The notes: generated from the sequence alone by a model not told the origin. DNA of 64,000 nt from an uncultured Phycisphaerales bacterium (GCA_963758525.1 CAVWVQ010000003.1:3648001-3712000); one strand, 5' to 3'. Counted from the first letter of the stretch, positions 11,900 through 22,143 are shown. Made by a program: numbers and translations.

Positions 11900-14161
11900 A
11901 TGCCATCCTGCTGCGAAACTGGGAACCAGAAACCGTCAAGCGCGGCAGCATTTACCGTTGCGCTTGCCGGCAATCCGAACAGCGGCAAGACCACCATCTT
12001 TAACGCCCTGACCGGGCTGCGCCAGAAAGTCGCCAACTATCCCGGCGTGACCGTCGAAAAGAAGACCGGCCGGTGCAAGCTTGCCGACGGCGCGCGGATC
12101 GACATTGTCGATCTGCCGGGAACCTACAGTCTGATCAGCCGATCACCCGACGAACAGGTCGCCAATCAGGTCTTGCGCGGGCTGCGCGCCGACGTACCGG
12201 CGCCGAATGTGGTGATCGTGGTGGTCGATGCGAGCAATCTGCAGCGCAATCTTTATCTTGTCAGCCAGTTGATCGAACTGGGCCGGCCCCTCGTCGTCGC
12301 CCTGAACATGATGGACATTGCCGAGCGCCGCGGGTTGCAGGTTTCGCCCGAAAAGCTTCAGCAGGAGCTGGGCGTGCCGGTGGTGCCGGTCGTCGGCTAC
12401 AAGAAGAAGGGGATCGACTCGCTCAAGAACGCCATTGCCAAAGCGGTCGTGGCGCCGCTTCCCGATTGGCCGGTGCCCGCGGCAATGCGGGAGGAAATCA
12501 CCCTCGTCGGCGGGGCGCTGGCAATTCTCGACAATGCCGAATACGTCACGCCGGCCGATCGTCTGCCTCCCGATCACTACCGCAATTGTGCCGAACGGCT
12601 GTTGATCGGTGATCGCGCCGAGGACATGAGCATCCTGGCCGGTCGCGAGCCGGTGGCGGCGCTGCTTTCCGCCGCAACCGATCGTCTGAAAGTGCTGGGC
12701 ATCGATCCGATGCAGTCGGATGTCGAAGCCCACTATCGCTGGATCGAAGGCGTTGCACACCGCGTTGTGACATCCGGGGACCCTCAAGCATCAACCGACA
12801 AAACGCTCCACTACGCAACGCCGCAGGATCGGACCCTCACGGAAAAAATTGACGCGATTCTGATTCACCGCGTCTGGGGGCTTCTTGTCTTCGCGCTGGT
12901 GATGACCGCGCTGTTTGTCTCAATCTTCTGGCTCGCGACCCCGCTGATGAACGGCATTCAGTCAGCCGTCAATTGGCTCGCCGACAAAGTCACCGCGCCC
13001 ATCGGCGCCGGCCCGCTGCACGACCTGATCAAAGACGGCATCTTCGGTGGGGTCGGCACCGTCATCGTCTTTGTCCCCCAAATCGCGCTGCTCTTCTTCT
13101 TCCTGGCGATCCTCGAAGATTCCGGCTACCTCGCCCGGGCCGCGTTCCTCATGGACCGCCTGCTCGCAAAAGTCGGACTGCACGGCAAAAGTTTCATCCC
13201 GCTGCTGAGCAGCTTCGCCTGCGCCATTCCCGGCATCATGGCCGCCCGCACCATCGAGAGCCGCAAGGATCGGCTGGCGACGATTTTCGTCGCGCCGTTC
13301 ATGAGCTGCAGCGCCAGGCTCCCCGTCTACACGCTCCTCATCGGCACGGTATTCGCGAGCTTCGGGCCGTTTCGTCAGGCCGGCGTGATGCTGGCGTGTT
13401 ATGCGCTTGGCATTCTCGCCGCGGTCGCAACGGCGTACGTTTTTCGTCGTTCGTTGCTCAAGGGCGGAACGACTAGCTTCATCCTCGAACTGCCAAGCTA
13501 CAAGGTGCCGCAAGCGATGGAGGTTGCCCGGCAGGTGTGGAAGAATTCGGCGCAGTTTCTCACCAAAGCGGGCACGACGATTCTGGCGATCAGCATTTTG
13601 CTGTGGGCAGTAGGCTACTATCCGAGGCTGCCAGCACAGCGGGCCGAGGCAGTTCGGCAGGCAGTGATCTCGCCCAGAGGTGAAGGCGCTGACTCCAATA
13701 TCGACGAAGTTGCAACCGACGCCGTCGCCGCCGCGCAGTCTGAATACAGCATCGCCGGCCGGCTCGGCCATGCGATGGAGCCGCTGATCAAACCGCTCGG
13801 CTTTGATTGGAAGATGGGCGTCGGCCTCGTCAGCGCCTTCGCGGCTCGCGAAACTTTCGTCAGTTCGATGGGCATCACCTACGCCGCCGGCGACACCGAA
13901 GACGGCAAAACCGCCGATCTCTCCGCCGCCATGCAGAGGGATCATTACGCCAACGGCAAACCGGTCTGGACCCCGCTGGTTGCCGTCAGTCTGCTCGCCT
14001 GGTTTGTGCTGGCGATGCAGTGCATGAGCACGATCGCGATCGTCCGCCGCGAAACCAATGGCTGGAAATGGCCGATCTTCATGCTGGTCTACATGAACGC
14101 GCTGGCGTATGTCGTGAGCCTTGGGATTTACCAGCTCGGCTCGTTGATTTTTCGAGCCTGA
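11900..14161 (+). CDS. feoB: Ferrous iron transport protein B
   Basis: GNPNSGKT, NYPGVTVE, DLPG, NMMD, LEDSGY and gate domains. Confidence 0.97.
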   Translation: MPSCCETGNQKPSSAAAFTVALAGNPNSGKTTIFNALTGLRQKVANYPGVTVEKKTGRCKLADGARIDIVDLPGTYSLISRSPDEQVANQVLRGLRADVPAPNVVIVVVDASNLQRNLYLVSQLIELGRPLVVALNMMDIAERRGLQVSPEKLQQELGVPVVPVVGYKKKGIDSLKNAIAKAVVAPLPDWPVPAAMREEITLVGGALAILDNAEYVTPADRLPPDHYRNCAERLLIGDRAEDMSILAGREPVAALLSAATDRLKVLGIDPMQSDVEAHYRWIEGVAHRVVTSGDPQASTDKTLHYATPQDRTLTEKIDAILIHRVWGLLVFALVMTALFVSIFWLATPLMNGIQSAVNWLADKVTAPIGAGPLHDLIKDGIFGGVGTVIVFVPQIALLFFFLAILEDSGYLARAAFLMDRLLAKVGLHGKSFIPLLSSFACAIPGIMAARTIESRKDRLATIFVAPFMSCSARLPVYTLLIGTVFASFGPFRQAGVMLACYALGILAAVATAYVFRRSLLKGGTTSFILELPSYKVPQAMEVARQVWKNSAQFLTKAGTTILAISILLWAVGYYPRLPAQRAEAVRQAVISPRGEGADSNIDEVATDAVAAAQSEYSIAGRLGHAMEPLIKPLGFDWKMGVGLVSAFAARETFVSSMGITYAAGDTEDGKTADLSAAMQRDHYANGKPVWTPLVAVSLLAWFVLAMQCMSTIAIVRRETNGWKWPIFMLVYMNALAYVVSLGIYQLGSLIFRA

Positions 14162-14184
14162 CGTCGTTTTCGGCGGTATTATCT

Positions 14185-14253
14185 GTAGGGCGGGATTCAT
14201 CCCGCCGTGGTTTCTGAATAGGTAGAGATGCGGCGGGATGAATCCCGCCCTAC
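14185..14253. repeat. GTAG-type REP doublet (REPIN-like), family A
   Basis: gtagggcgggattcatcccgccg ... cggcgggatgaatcccgccctac. Confidence 0.9.
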
Positions 14254-14275
14254 AGACCGTTGACGTGGATTTGGT

Positions 14276-14875
14276 ATGACGCTGATACTCAACAACCCGG
14301 ACAAGCCGCATCTGAAGCGATGGACGAAGCGGGAGTATTTCGAGGCGGTCGACCGGGGTGCGTTTCACCAGCAGCGAATTTTCCTTTATCGAGGGGAGCT
14401 GATCGAAATGCCGCCAATGGGGGCGCTTCACGCATTTGGAATCGCAAATCTGACGGAGTGGCTGTCGCGAACCTTTGCTCCTGAGTACCGCATCAGAATT
14501 CAATTACCGTTTGAGACACCGGGAGAATCCGTCCCCGAGCCGGATGGCGCTATCGTGACGCGTGAGCAGATGCGCCGCCGTCCGCATCCTGACAAGGCGC
14601 TGTTCCTCATCGAAGTTGCCGACAGCTCGCTGGAACTCGAGAGAGAACAAGCCCTTGAGTACGCAGCCGCCCGGGTTCCGGAATATTGGATTGTGAACAT
14701 GCGGGATCGGAGCGTGGAGGTTTACCGCGAGCCGGTCGATGATGCGACGGCGGCGCTGGGAGCTCGTTACGCTTCACACCAGTTCTTTGCAGACGGCCAA
14801 GTGATTTCGCCGCTGCAAAAACCCGAAGCAATTGTCACCGTCGCATCGTTGGTTGCGGTCGATGAACCGGCTTGA
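14276..14875 (+). CDS. Uma2 family (DUF820) restriction-endonuclease-like protein
   Basis: GELIEMPPMG..H, PEPD, IEVADSS, YAAARVPEYWIVN. Confidence 0.9.
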   Translation: MTLILNNPDKPHLKRWTKREYFEAVDRGAFHQQRIFLYRGELIEMPPMGALHAFGIANLTEWLSRTFAPEYRIRIQLPFETPGESVPEPDGAIVTREQMRRRPHPDKALFLIEVADSSLELEREQALEYAAARVPEYWIVNMRDRSVEVYREPVDDATAALGARYASHQFFADGQVISPLQKPEAIVTVASLVAVDEPA

Positions 14876-14876
14876 A

Positions 14877-14937
14877 GTACCACGGGTTTCCAACCCGTGT
14901 CTTGAATTGGGAAACACGGGTTGGAAACCCGTGATAC
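14877..14937. repeat. REP doublet, family D
   Basis: gtaccacgggtttccaacccgtgt ... acacgggttggaaacccgtgatac. Confidence 0.85.
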
Positions 14938-14939
14938 GA

Positions 14940-15149
14940 ATGCCGCCGCTCCTGCAACATCTTCTGGTACTTCTGCTCGTCGGCTTGAGTGCCGTATTCG
15001 TCCTTCGCCAGGGCTTTCTTTCGCTGCGTGGCCGCAAGAGCAAGCTCGGTTCCTGCGGAAGCTGCGGCGGCTGCGCCACGCCTTCGACGGTTCCAAAGAA
15101 AGTTCCGCTCCAATTCTTGCCGGTGGAAGCGCTGTTGAAAAAGAAATAA
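14940..15149 (+). CDS. FeoB-associated Cys-rich membrane protein
   Basis: TM helix followed by SCGSCGGC; downstream of feoB. Confidence 0.8.
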   Translation: MPPLLQHLLVLLLVGLSAVFVLRQGFLSLRGRKSKLGSCGSCGGCATPSTVPKKVPLQFLPVEALLKKK

Positions 15150-15189
15150 GGATCGCGCAGATTGTAAATCGCGAATCTCAATCGCGCAG

Positions 15190-15330
15190 GCGGAGCTCCC
15201 AAGTCAAGTTGGATCAGACTCGCCGAACCGTGCCCGCCCTGGCTTGCCCTTCGCGGAGCGCCACCACGTCCCGATTACCTGAGCTGGTAGAAGTCACATC
15301 GCCGCGCCCGGTCTTACTCCCACACTCCCT
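15190..15330 (-). ncRNA. Candidate structured non-coding RNA / orphan IS110-like non-coding end
   Basis: Minus strand folds by eye with G-U pairs: GGAGU/GCUCC closing stem, AGAC/GUCU, CCGGGC/GUUCGG and two inner hairpins. No credible ORF. Confidence 0.4.
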
Positions 15331-15396
15331 TCGCGTTTGCCCTCCCGAGCCAACCTCGAACCATCTCCGCTGCATCCCTCTTCGCCGCTCTTCTCT

Positions 15397-17499
15397 TCAT
15401 CTCCTGATCTCATAAACCACCGCGGTGTCGTCGCTGTATCGCGGCACGAAATGAGCCGGATCGGTAGCGGCAAAACGCAGTTCCACCGGATTCTCGACCA
15501 TCTCGTGACGAAACACGACGAGGTATTGAGCCTGCATCGCGGCAAGATTGTCCAGCCAGGTTTGCCGGTCGGGGTCTTCGGTCATGATGCGGGTCATCGT
15601 CTGCACAATCAGATCGCCCGGCACGTCGTCCCCCATGCGGGGGAAATGCAGGAATGAATGCAGGCCCCGGCGAGTGGGAGCATAGGCGACGTCGCGCGCG
15701 TAATTGAAGCCATACAGCGGGTAGTCGAACTGCGTATTGGCAAAGGCGATATTCGCGTCGGCGGGAACCTGCGTTTCATCGCGAACAAAGCCCCACACCG
15801 ACGCGCCGTCATATCCCATCGACCACAACTCGGCGGCGGCGGCGCGATAGTTTTTCAGGTAGCCCAGCCAGAACAGGTAGATCATGGTTGCGCCCAGCAA
15901 CAATGCGCAAAGGAACGCCGGCAAAACAAGGCGCGGCCGATAGTGCAGCAGAAACAGCAGCCCCAGGCCCGTCGCGCTGATAAGGGCGGCGGTGCCCGCC
16001 AGGACCACGATCTCCTGCAGGAGGGCGTGATTGAAACTGGTGGCGATGGAGATTCCCGCCAGCAGCAATCCGGCGGCGAGGCGCGCCGCTGCGCCGGGGA
16101 GCCAGCGCGTGATCGCAAGAGTCGCGCTGTCGAACCACAGGGCGATCAGCGGAAACAGATATCGGACTTCATGATGCGGCGAAGCGAGAAAGAAGAGCAG
16201 CAATACCGCCATCGATCCGGGCAGCGCGGCGCGGCGCATTGGATTGACCAGGACCGAGCGGCCGGCGGCGGCGCAGGCTGCGATCCATGCCAGCGCAAGC
16301 GGCGCGAGCAGGACGGCTGGCAGGCTGTGATACGTTGTGGCGAGCATGCGCCATGCGCCGCCGGCGCTGCGGAGTTGTTGATCGCGCTCGGTTCCGAACA
16401 GGCCGGTGAACAGGCGCATCCCGAACAGTTTGACATCGGCTGGAAAGAGCGGATCGCCCGTTAGCAGAAGATTGCGGAGGTACCACGGCCCTGCCAGCGC
16501 CAGGGCGGTCAGGGACGCGATGATGAAGTCCCGCCGCTTCCATCCGGCTCGGAAGGGGGCGTCGATCAGGAACAGGAACAGCGGGCAGACCAGCAGCACC
16601 GTGTATTTGCTGGCCAGCATCAAGCCGACCGCGATTCCCACCCGCCACGGGCCCAGGCGATCCCGCAGACTCCTGCGATCAAATGCGGCAACAGCGGTGA
16701 GAAACAGTGCAGTGACGATCAGATCGTCCTTGGCGATCAACGCCTCGCTGAAGAGCGGCCGGGAAAGAACCGCCGCGCACGCGACCAGCGCAGCCACCGC
16801 CTGCGTTCGCGGGAGACGCTCAACCGTCCCCTCAGTCTGTTGATCGAGCATTCGAGATTCGCCCAGATTCTGCCCCTCGCGCGCCGTCGTTCCCGAAAAG
16901 CCCCTGTACACCAGGACAAAGATCCAGAGCAACGCCGGCGCCTGTGCGAATCGAGCCAGCATGTCGTTGCGCAGAGGCTCCATCAACCAGAAGAACCAGG
17001 TGGCGGGGGCCTGCGGCGCATAGCTGTTGGCAGGGTTCCAGTACCAGGTTGGGAAGATGGCCATCGTGTGCCGGCGCATCCAGAACACCGGGGTGGAGAG
17101 CTGATACACCAGGGCATCGGTTGCCATGGGAGGAAGCCAGCGCTGCTCCCAGAGATATGCCAGCAGATATCCCCCCGTGAACAGTGCCGCCGCCAGCGCG
17201 ATCCAATGATCGGCCGTCCATCGCGCCGCAATCAGCCGAGGATTCCCGCGGCGCAAGGTGAGAAGACCTCCGCACAGTGCCATTGCCGTAATGGACATGG
17301 TCGCAAGATTCAGACAATGCAGAATCGCCGGACCGGCGACGGCGAGATAAATAATCAGCGCGAAGAGGAGAATCGCGTCACAGATCGCCTGACCGGGCGA
17401 TCCGTCACAAACGCTCCGCGCGAATCGATACGCAGAAGCGAAAACGAAGGCGCTGAGCAGCAGGCAAAGCAGGAGTCGCGCTTCTTCGGGGAAGGGCAT
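15397..17499 (-). CDS. Multi-pass membrane glycosyltransferase-like protein (GT-C / ArnT-PMT-like)
   Basis: Many TM helices; TDALVYQL, LASKYT, PWYLRNLLLTGDPLFP, RYLFP motifs. Confidence 0.75.
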   Translation of the reverse strand: MPFPEEARLLLCLLLSAFVFASAYRFARSVCDGSPGQAICDAILLFALIIYLAVAGPAILHCLNLATMSITAMALCGGLLTLRRGNPRLIAARWTADHWIALAAALFTGGYLLAYLWEQRWLPPMATDALVYQLSTPVFWMRRHTMAIFPTWYWNPANSYAPQAPATWFFWLMEPLRNDMLARFAQAPALLWIFVLVYRGFSGTTAREGQNLGESRMLDQQTEGTVERLPRTQAVAALVACAAVLSRPLFSEALIAKDDLIVTALFLTAVAAFDRRSLRDRLGPWRVGIAVGLMLASKYTVLLVCPLFLFLIDAPFRAGWKRRDFIIASLTALALAGPWYLRNLLLTGDPLFPADVKLFGMRLFTGLFGTERDQQLRSAGGAWRMLATTYHSLPAVLLAPLALAWIAACAAAGRSVLVNPMRRAALPGSMAVLLLFFLASPHHEVRYLFPLIALWFDSATLAITRWLPGAAARLAAGLLLAGISIATSFNHALLQEIVVLAGTAALISATGLGLLFLLHYRPRLVLPAFLCALLLGATMIYLFWLGYLKNYRAAAAELWSMGYDGASVWGFVRDETQVPADANIAFANTQFDYPLYGFNYARDVAYAPTRRGLHSFLHFPRMGDDVPGDLIVQTMTRIMTEDPDRQTWLDNLAAMQAQYLVVFRHEMVENPVELRFAATDPAHFVPRYSDDTAVVYEIRR

Positions 17500-17799
17500 A
17501 TGGAGACGGTCCGAGCGGCCTGGAGACGCGCAATTTCGATCGGCACTTTCCGAACGCGTAACGTTGTACCGCAAAGGGTTTAGCAACGCGCGGTTGAGCC
17601 CGGGCAAAGTCGTTCGCGAAGCGGATGGGCGCTTCCGCGCTGGGCTGCGGCGCGCAGCGCGTGCAAATCCTGCCCGTCCGATAGGCCGCGCCGGGGCAAC
17701 TCGGACGTGTGAATTAACTAATAATGGCGAGATTATGCTTGCCTGAGGCCGAACCGATTTCCACAATAGATGCCGTTCACCCCACCCACGGAGGTCGTG

Positions 17800-18258
17800 A
17801 TGAGATTTCAAGCGTTTCTTGATGAAGCCGGAGTGCCGTATCGGCTTTCGCATCACGCGACGGCCTACACCGCCCAGGATCTTGCCGCCATGGAGCATGT
17901 GCCGGGCAGGAGAGTGATCAAAGCGGTTGTCGTGTGCGCAGACGGAGAATTTGTTTTGTGCGCGCTCCCCGCATCGTTTCGGATTGATCTGAAGGAGCTG
18001 CGCGATCAATTGCAGGCGCACGATGTGCGTCTGGTCGACGAATCGAAGCTGGCTGATTTATTCCCTGATTGCGAGCTGGGCGCGGAGCCGCCGGTGGGAA
18101 ATCTCTACGGCCTGACGACGCTGATGGACGAATCCCTGATCGCTGACGATCGAGTCACCTTCGCCGCCGGCTCGCACGATGCCGCCGTAACGATGCGGCT
18201 CTCCGACTATCGCCGGCTCGCACAGCCCGAAGTTGCGCATTTCGGAAGACATTTGTAA
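17800..18258 (+). CDS. YbaK/EbsC (aminoacyl-tRNA deacylase) family protein
   Basis: HATAYTAQ, IKAVVV, FPDCELGAEPP, FAAGSH; ggagg SD. Confidence 0.9.
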   Translation: MRFQAFLDEAGVPYRLSHHATAYTAQDLAAMEHVPGRRVIKAVVVCADGEFVLCALPASFRIDLKELRDQLQAHDVRLVDESKLADLFPDCELGAEPPVGNLYGLTTLMDESLIADDRVTFAAGSHDAAVTMRLSDYRRLAQPEVAHFGRHL

Positions 18259-18405
18259 GCCGCGACATCGGCCGAAGCGATCGCAGCAGGGATCTTTCGC
18301 GCCAATCCCGGCTCTTCCTCTTGCGGCTTGCCGCGCTGGAAATCCGCAGTTCTCTTTGACTCGTCTGGGTAGCCGCGCCGCGAAGCGCGTCCGGTGAACG
18401 CATCC

Positions 18406-19275
18406 TTACAGTGGTGCCGCTCGCGCCAACTCAATCTCCACCACCTCCGACGGGCAGAAGAGGCGCAGGCCGAGCCTGGAGAATCCCATCCCGCGGTTGG
18501 CGACCAGCCACGTGTTCCCCACGCGATGAATTCCCTTTGCCAGCCGGCGCGGAAGCGACGTGTGTTTTAAAACGGGGATCATCCCCGGCAGGCAGATCTG
18601 CCCGCCATGGGTATGGCCCGCCAGAAACAAATCCGGCTCGGCTTTAGGGGTTCGGTAGAGGTAGTCGGAGTAGTGAGAAAGAATGACACGCGGGACGCCC
18701 GGAGTCTTTGGAGGCAGGGCGTCGATGAAAGGCTGATCAGGCCCGATATTTCTCCCCAGCCGGGGAAGTCCGATCAACTCGATCTGCCCTCTATCCACCT
18801 CCAGCAGGAGACGCTGACGATCGATCAGCTTGATGTTGTGCCCGTCGATTTGCGGCCCGACCGCTCCGTCGTGGTTGCCCAGCACCCCAAAACAGCCGTC
18901 GCGGTAGGTGAAACCGCGCAGTAGCCGGCGGACATGCTCGAGGCTCGGCGTGTAATCGTGTTTGTTCTCAACATAGTCCCCGCCGACCAGAAGCAGCCCA
19001 GGCGGGTTCTTGGCGATGCGCTCGTGCAGTTGTTCATAGACCCGCGACCATTTGCCGCGGAAGTGAAAGTCGCTCACGTGAAGGATCCGGTATCCGACCA
19101 AGCCCTCCGCCAAACCGGTAATCGGGAGCGTGACTCGATGCCATTCAAAGCCGAATGGCTGGTTGAATTGAATCCAAGGGCCGCTGCCTGGCGCGGAGAT
19201 AGGGGGGAGCTCGCCAAGCGAAGCACTGTCCGATAAAGGCGCGGGGTGGTCAGTGGAGTTGCGAACATCAACCAT
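18406..19275 (-). CDS. Metallophosphoesterase (YkuE-like)
   Basis: SDFH, GGD, GNHD, LSH, GHTHGGQ motifs. Confidence 0.9.
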   Translation of the reverse strand: MVDVRNSTDHPAPLSDSASLGELPPISAPGSGPWIQFNQPFGFEWHRVTLPITGLAEGLVGYRILHVSDFHFRGKWSRVYEQLHERIAKNPPGLLLVGGDYVENKHDYTPSLEHVRRLLRGFTYRDGCFGVLGNHDGAVGPQIDGHNIKLIDRQRLLLEVDRGQIELIGLPRLGRNIGPDQPFIDALPPKTPGVPRVILSHYSDYLYRTPKAEPDLFLAGHTHGGQICLPGMIPVLKHTSLPRRLAKGIHRVGNTWLVANRGMGFSRLGLRLFCPSEVVEIELARAAPL

Positions 19276-19511
19276 TGTTGCAGCGCCCGGCGGCCGTCGT
19301 ATAATAACGAGTGCGTTGTTCCTAGCTAGCGACCCGGCGCGAGTTGTAGCGTTCTTAATGAAGGCGCACGGGCGTGCGGATTTGCGGAAGTGATCGTGCC
19401 CTCCGGTCAGCACCCACAAGCAGTGTCGTGAATCGCGTATTCGCTTGAGGGCATTTAGGAACGGCGTGTTTGTGGCCGCAGCAATTGCCCGCCACCAAGG
19501 CCTTTTCACCA

Positions 19512-19955
19512 ATGAATCTTCCCAAGCGTGATCGAACGCTGGTCTTCGGGTTGTACATCAACGCCGCGGTGATGTCGGCGATCCTGGTGGTTCTGCTGGG
19601 TCGCGGCAACAGCACCAGCATGCTTCCCGCGGCTTTTGCCGCCGGTCCCACGCAGCCTATCGCGGGCGGTGGCTCAATTTACCTCATGCCCGGACAACTT
19701 TCCGTGAATTCATGGGGTTGTTACATCATGGATATCGATGCCCAAACGCTGTGCGCCTACCAGTTTTATCCCGGTGAAAAACAGTTACGGCTGGTGGCTG
19801 CCCGGAATTTTCACTGGGATCGCAAGCTGGGCAATTACAATACGACCCCGCCCTGGCCCGACGTGAAAGCGCTGACGGAGAAGGAGCAGCAGGGAATCCG
19901 GGCGAACGAAGACAAGCCCCCGCAAGGCTCGCCGGAAGCGCCCAAGGATCAGTGA
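19512..19955 (+). CDS. Hypothetical exported protein
   Basis: N-terminal hydrophobic segment; LRLVAARNFHWD; coding-like composition. Confidence 0.7.
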   Translation: MNLPKRDRTLVFGLYINAAVMSAILVVLLGRGNSTSMLPAAFAAGPTQPIAGGGSIYLMPGQLSVNSWGCYIMDIDAQTLCAYQFYPGEKQLRLVAARNFHWDRKLGNYNTTPPWPDVKALTEKEQQGIRANEDKPPQGSPEAPKDQ

Positions 19956-20024
19956 GGGAGCAATACACGCTCGAACTCGATCAGCGACAGTGCGAACGCC
20001 CGACATTCTTCAGGAGAGACACCC

Positions 20025-21002
20025 ATGATGGCCAAAATGTTCTACACGCTGGAAGAAGCCCAGACGGCCCTCAGCCGCAGCGAAGAAGAGATCAAACAGT
20101 TCGCCCGCGAAGGACGGCTGCGCGAGTTCCGTGACGGGCCGCGCCTGATGTTCAAGGCCGACCAGGTGGAGCAACTCAAGAGCGAACTCGAGGGCGGCGC
20201 TGCGGACCACGTCGATCTGGGAACCTCTGACTCGGGCGGACTGATCGGGCTGGTCGACTCCGGCGGGGGACCCAGCGGAACCGGCATCACGATGACCGAA
20301 GACGACACCGGTCAGTCATCGTCCGCCGGCGGCATGCGAATGAAGGACGACACGGCACTTGCCGCCGATCTGGGTCTTTCCGGCTCCATGGGAGGAGTGC
20401 CCTCTCCCGGCCGGCCGGCGTCCAGCGGCACGGGCCTTAGCGGCACGGCTACCGGGCGTCAGTCGGGCATCAATGTTTTTGGAGCGGAAGATGTGGAACG
20501 CGTCGATCCATCGGCGCAAACCGCCATCACCGGCGCCGTCCGCGAGCAGGTGAACCTCGAAGGCGTCGGCTCCGGCTCCGGGCTGCTCGACTTGACCCGC
20601 GAGAGCGATGACACCAGTCTCGGCGCGGTGCTCGATGAAATCGCGCCGTCGGCCCGGCTCAGCCCTTCGGATGTGAGCGATGTCGGCAGCGGCAGCGGAA
20701 CCGGACTCGAAAACGCCATGGCGACCTCTCCCTCGCGGGGCGGCGGGGCGGCGGGAGTCGGTCCGGTCTACATCCAGGCCATGGATCCCACGGCTGCCGC
20801 CTTCGGCGCCGCGGCGCTGTGCGCGGCGCTCACCATGCTGTTTGGGGCCTATGTCCTGATTTCCGCGATGGTCGGCACCTACCCACAGGCGACCCAGTGG
20901 TTTGCCACGCGGAATCCGTTGATCCCCGCCGCGATCGGCGCCGGAGCTTCGCTGGTCTTCTTCATCTTCGGCCTGCTGATCGGCAAGACGCTCGCCAAGT
21001 GA
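20025..21002 (+). CDS. HTH (excisionase/HTH_17-like) protein with acidic Gly/Ser linker and C-terminal TMs
   Basis: FYTLEEA...GRLREFRDGPRLMFK; GSGSGLLDLTRESDDTSLGA; aggaga SD. Confidence 0.8.
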   Translation: MMAKMFYTLEEAQTALSRSEEEIKQFAREGRLREFRDGPRLMFKADQVEQLKSELEGGAADHVDLGTSDSGGLIGLVDSGGGPSGTGITMTEDDTGQSSSAGGMRMKDDTALAADLGLSGSMGGVPSPGRPASSGTGLSGTATGRQSGINVFGAEDVERVDPSAQTAITGAVREQVNLEGVGSGSGLLDLTRESDDTSLGAVLDEIAPSARLSPSDVSDVGSGSGTGLENAMATSPSRGGGAAGVGPVYIQAMDPTAAAFGAAALCAALTMLFGAYVLISAMVGTYPQATQWFATRNPLIPAAIGAGASLVFFIFGLLIGKTLAK

Positions 21003-21211
21003 GGAGACGCTCGAATTTGCGGGCGGAGACATTGTGGTGCGGGCTTCCAGCCTGCAATTGCACGCCCGGAAAATTTCGCGTACGGCCCAGGCAATAATTG
21101 ATGATTTTCTTGCGCCGGGCTCTTGCATTTTTGCGGGCAACGTCCGATATTGTGGTGCCGCGCCGGGCTGGGCTGCTGTTCCGACGCGACTGAATTTTAC
21201 ATCTCAATTGC

Positions 21212-22117
21212 ATGGAGGCTCTTATGGCACGGATGTTCCAGTGGGTTGGCATTTCCTTCATCGGCGTCGCCTCTCTCGGCTGCGTCTCCCAGGAAAAATA
21301 CAACGCTCTTAAGCTCGACCGAGACCAATACGCAGAACGACTCGGCACCGCCGAACGCGATGCCCTTTCCGCTTCTGCCGAAGCCGACGCTTACAAGCGC
21401 CAGCTTGAATTGATCGCGCACGGCAGCACCGATCAGCAGGGGCTGATCACCAATCTCACAACGCAGGTCTCCGATCTGCAACGCGAGAATGATGAACTGA
21501 ATCGCAAGTACGCCGATGCGATGAATCGTCCGGTTGGGATGGCCGCTCTTCCGGCTCCGCTCAATGACGCGCTGACCCAGTTTGCTCAACAGAACCCCGA
21601 TCTGGTCGACTTCGATAGCGCTCGCGGCGTTGTGAAGTTCAAGAGCGACGTCACCTTCGCCACGGGAAGCGCCGAAGTCACGCCAAAGGCGCAGGCCGTA
21701 ATCACGCGCTTTGCGCAGATTCTCAATTCCGCCGCCGCGGCGAACTACGAATTGATGGTCGTCGGGCACACCGACAATCAGCACGTAGTCAATGCCCGCA
21801 CCATTGCTCAGGGACACAAGGACAACTGGTATCTGTCGGCACACCGCGCGATTTCCGTCAGCGAGTCGCTGCAGCGTGAGCGGGTGAGCCCGACCCGGCT
21901 TGAAGTCGCCGGGTGCGCCGATGAGCGTCCGATTGCCAGTAACTCAACCGATGGCGGCCGCTCGCAGAACCGACGAGTTGAGGTGCTGATCCTCCCGACG
22001 ACCGTTCATGCTCCGACGGTCGCCGCCACCGACGTTGTCGCTCCCAGGCACGTCAGCCAGGCGAAGCTGAACAAAGACTCGGCGGAGGTCGACGTGCGGC
22101 CGCACCTGAACAAGTAG
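21212..22117 (+). CDS. OmpA/MotB family lipoprotein
   Basis: Lipobox SLGC, coiled coil, VGHTD, NWYLSAHRA, NRRVEV. Confidence 0.9.
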   Translation: MEALMARMFQWVGISFIGVASLGCVSQEKYNALKLDRDQYAERLGTAERDALSASAEADAYKRQLELIAHGSTDQQGLITNLTTQVSDLQRENDELNRKYADAMNRPVGMAALPAPLNDALTQFAQQNPDLVDFDSARGVVKFKSDVTFATGSAEVTPKAQAVITRFAQILNSAAAANYELMVVGHTDNQHVVNARTIAQGHKDNWYLSAHRAISVSESLQRERVSPTRLEVAGCADERPIASNSTDGGRSQNRRVEVLILPTTVHAPTVAATDVVAPRHVSQAKLNKDSAEVDVRPHLNK

Positions 22118-22143
22118 GCTGCACACCTGCCATGACGAGCCTC

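Noticed and set aside
17500..18021. N-terminal extension of the 874-aa ORF
   Set aside because: It overlaps the YbaK gene on the opposite strand; the membrane protein plausibly starts at 17499.
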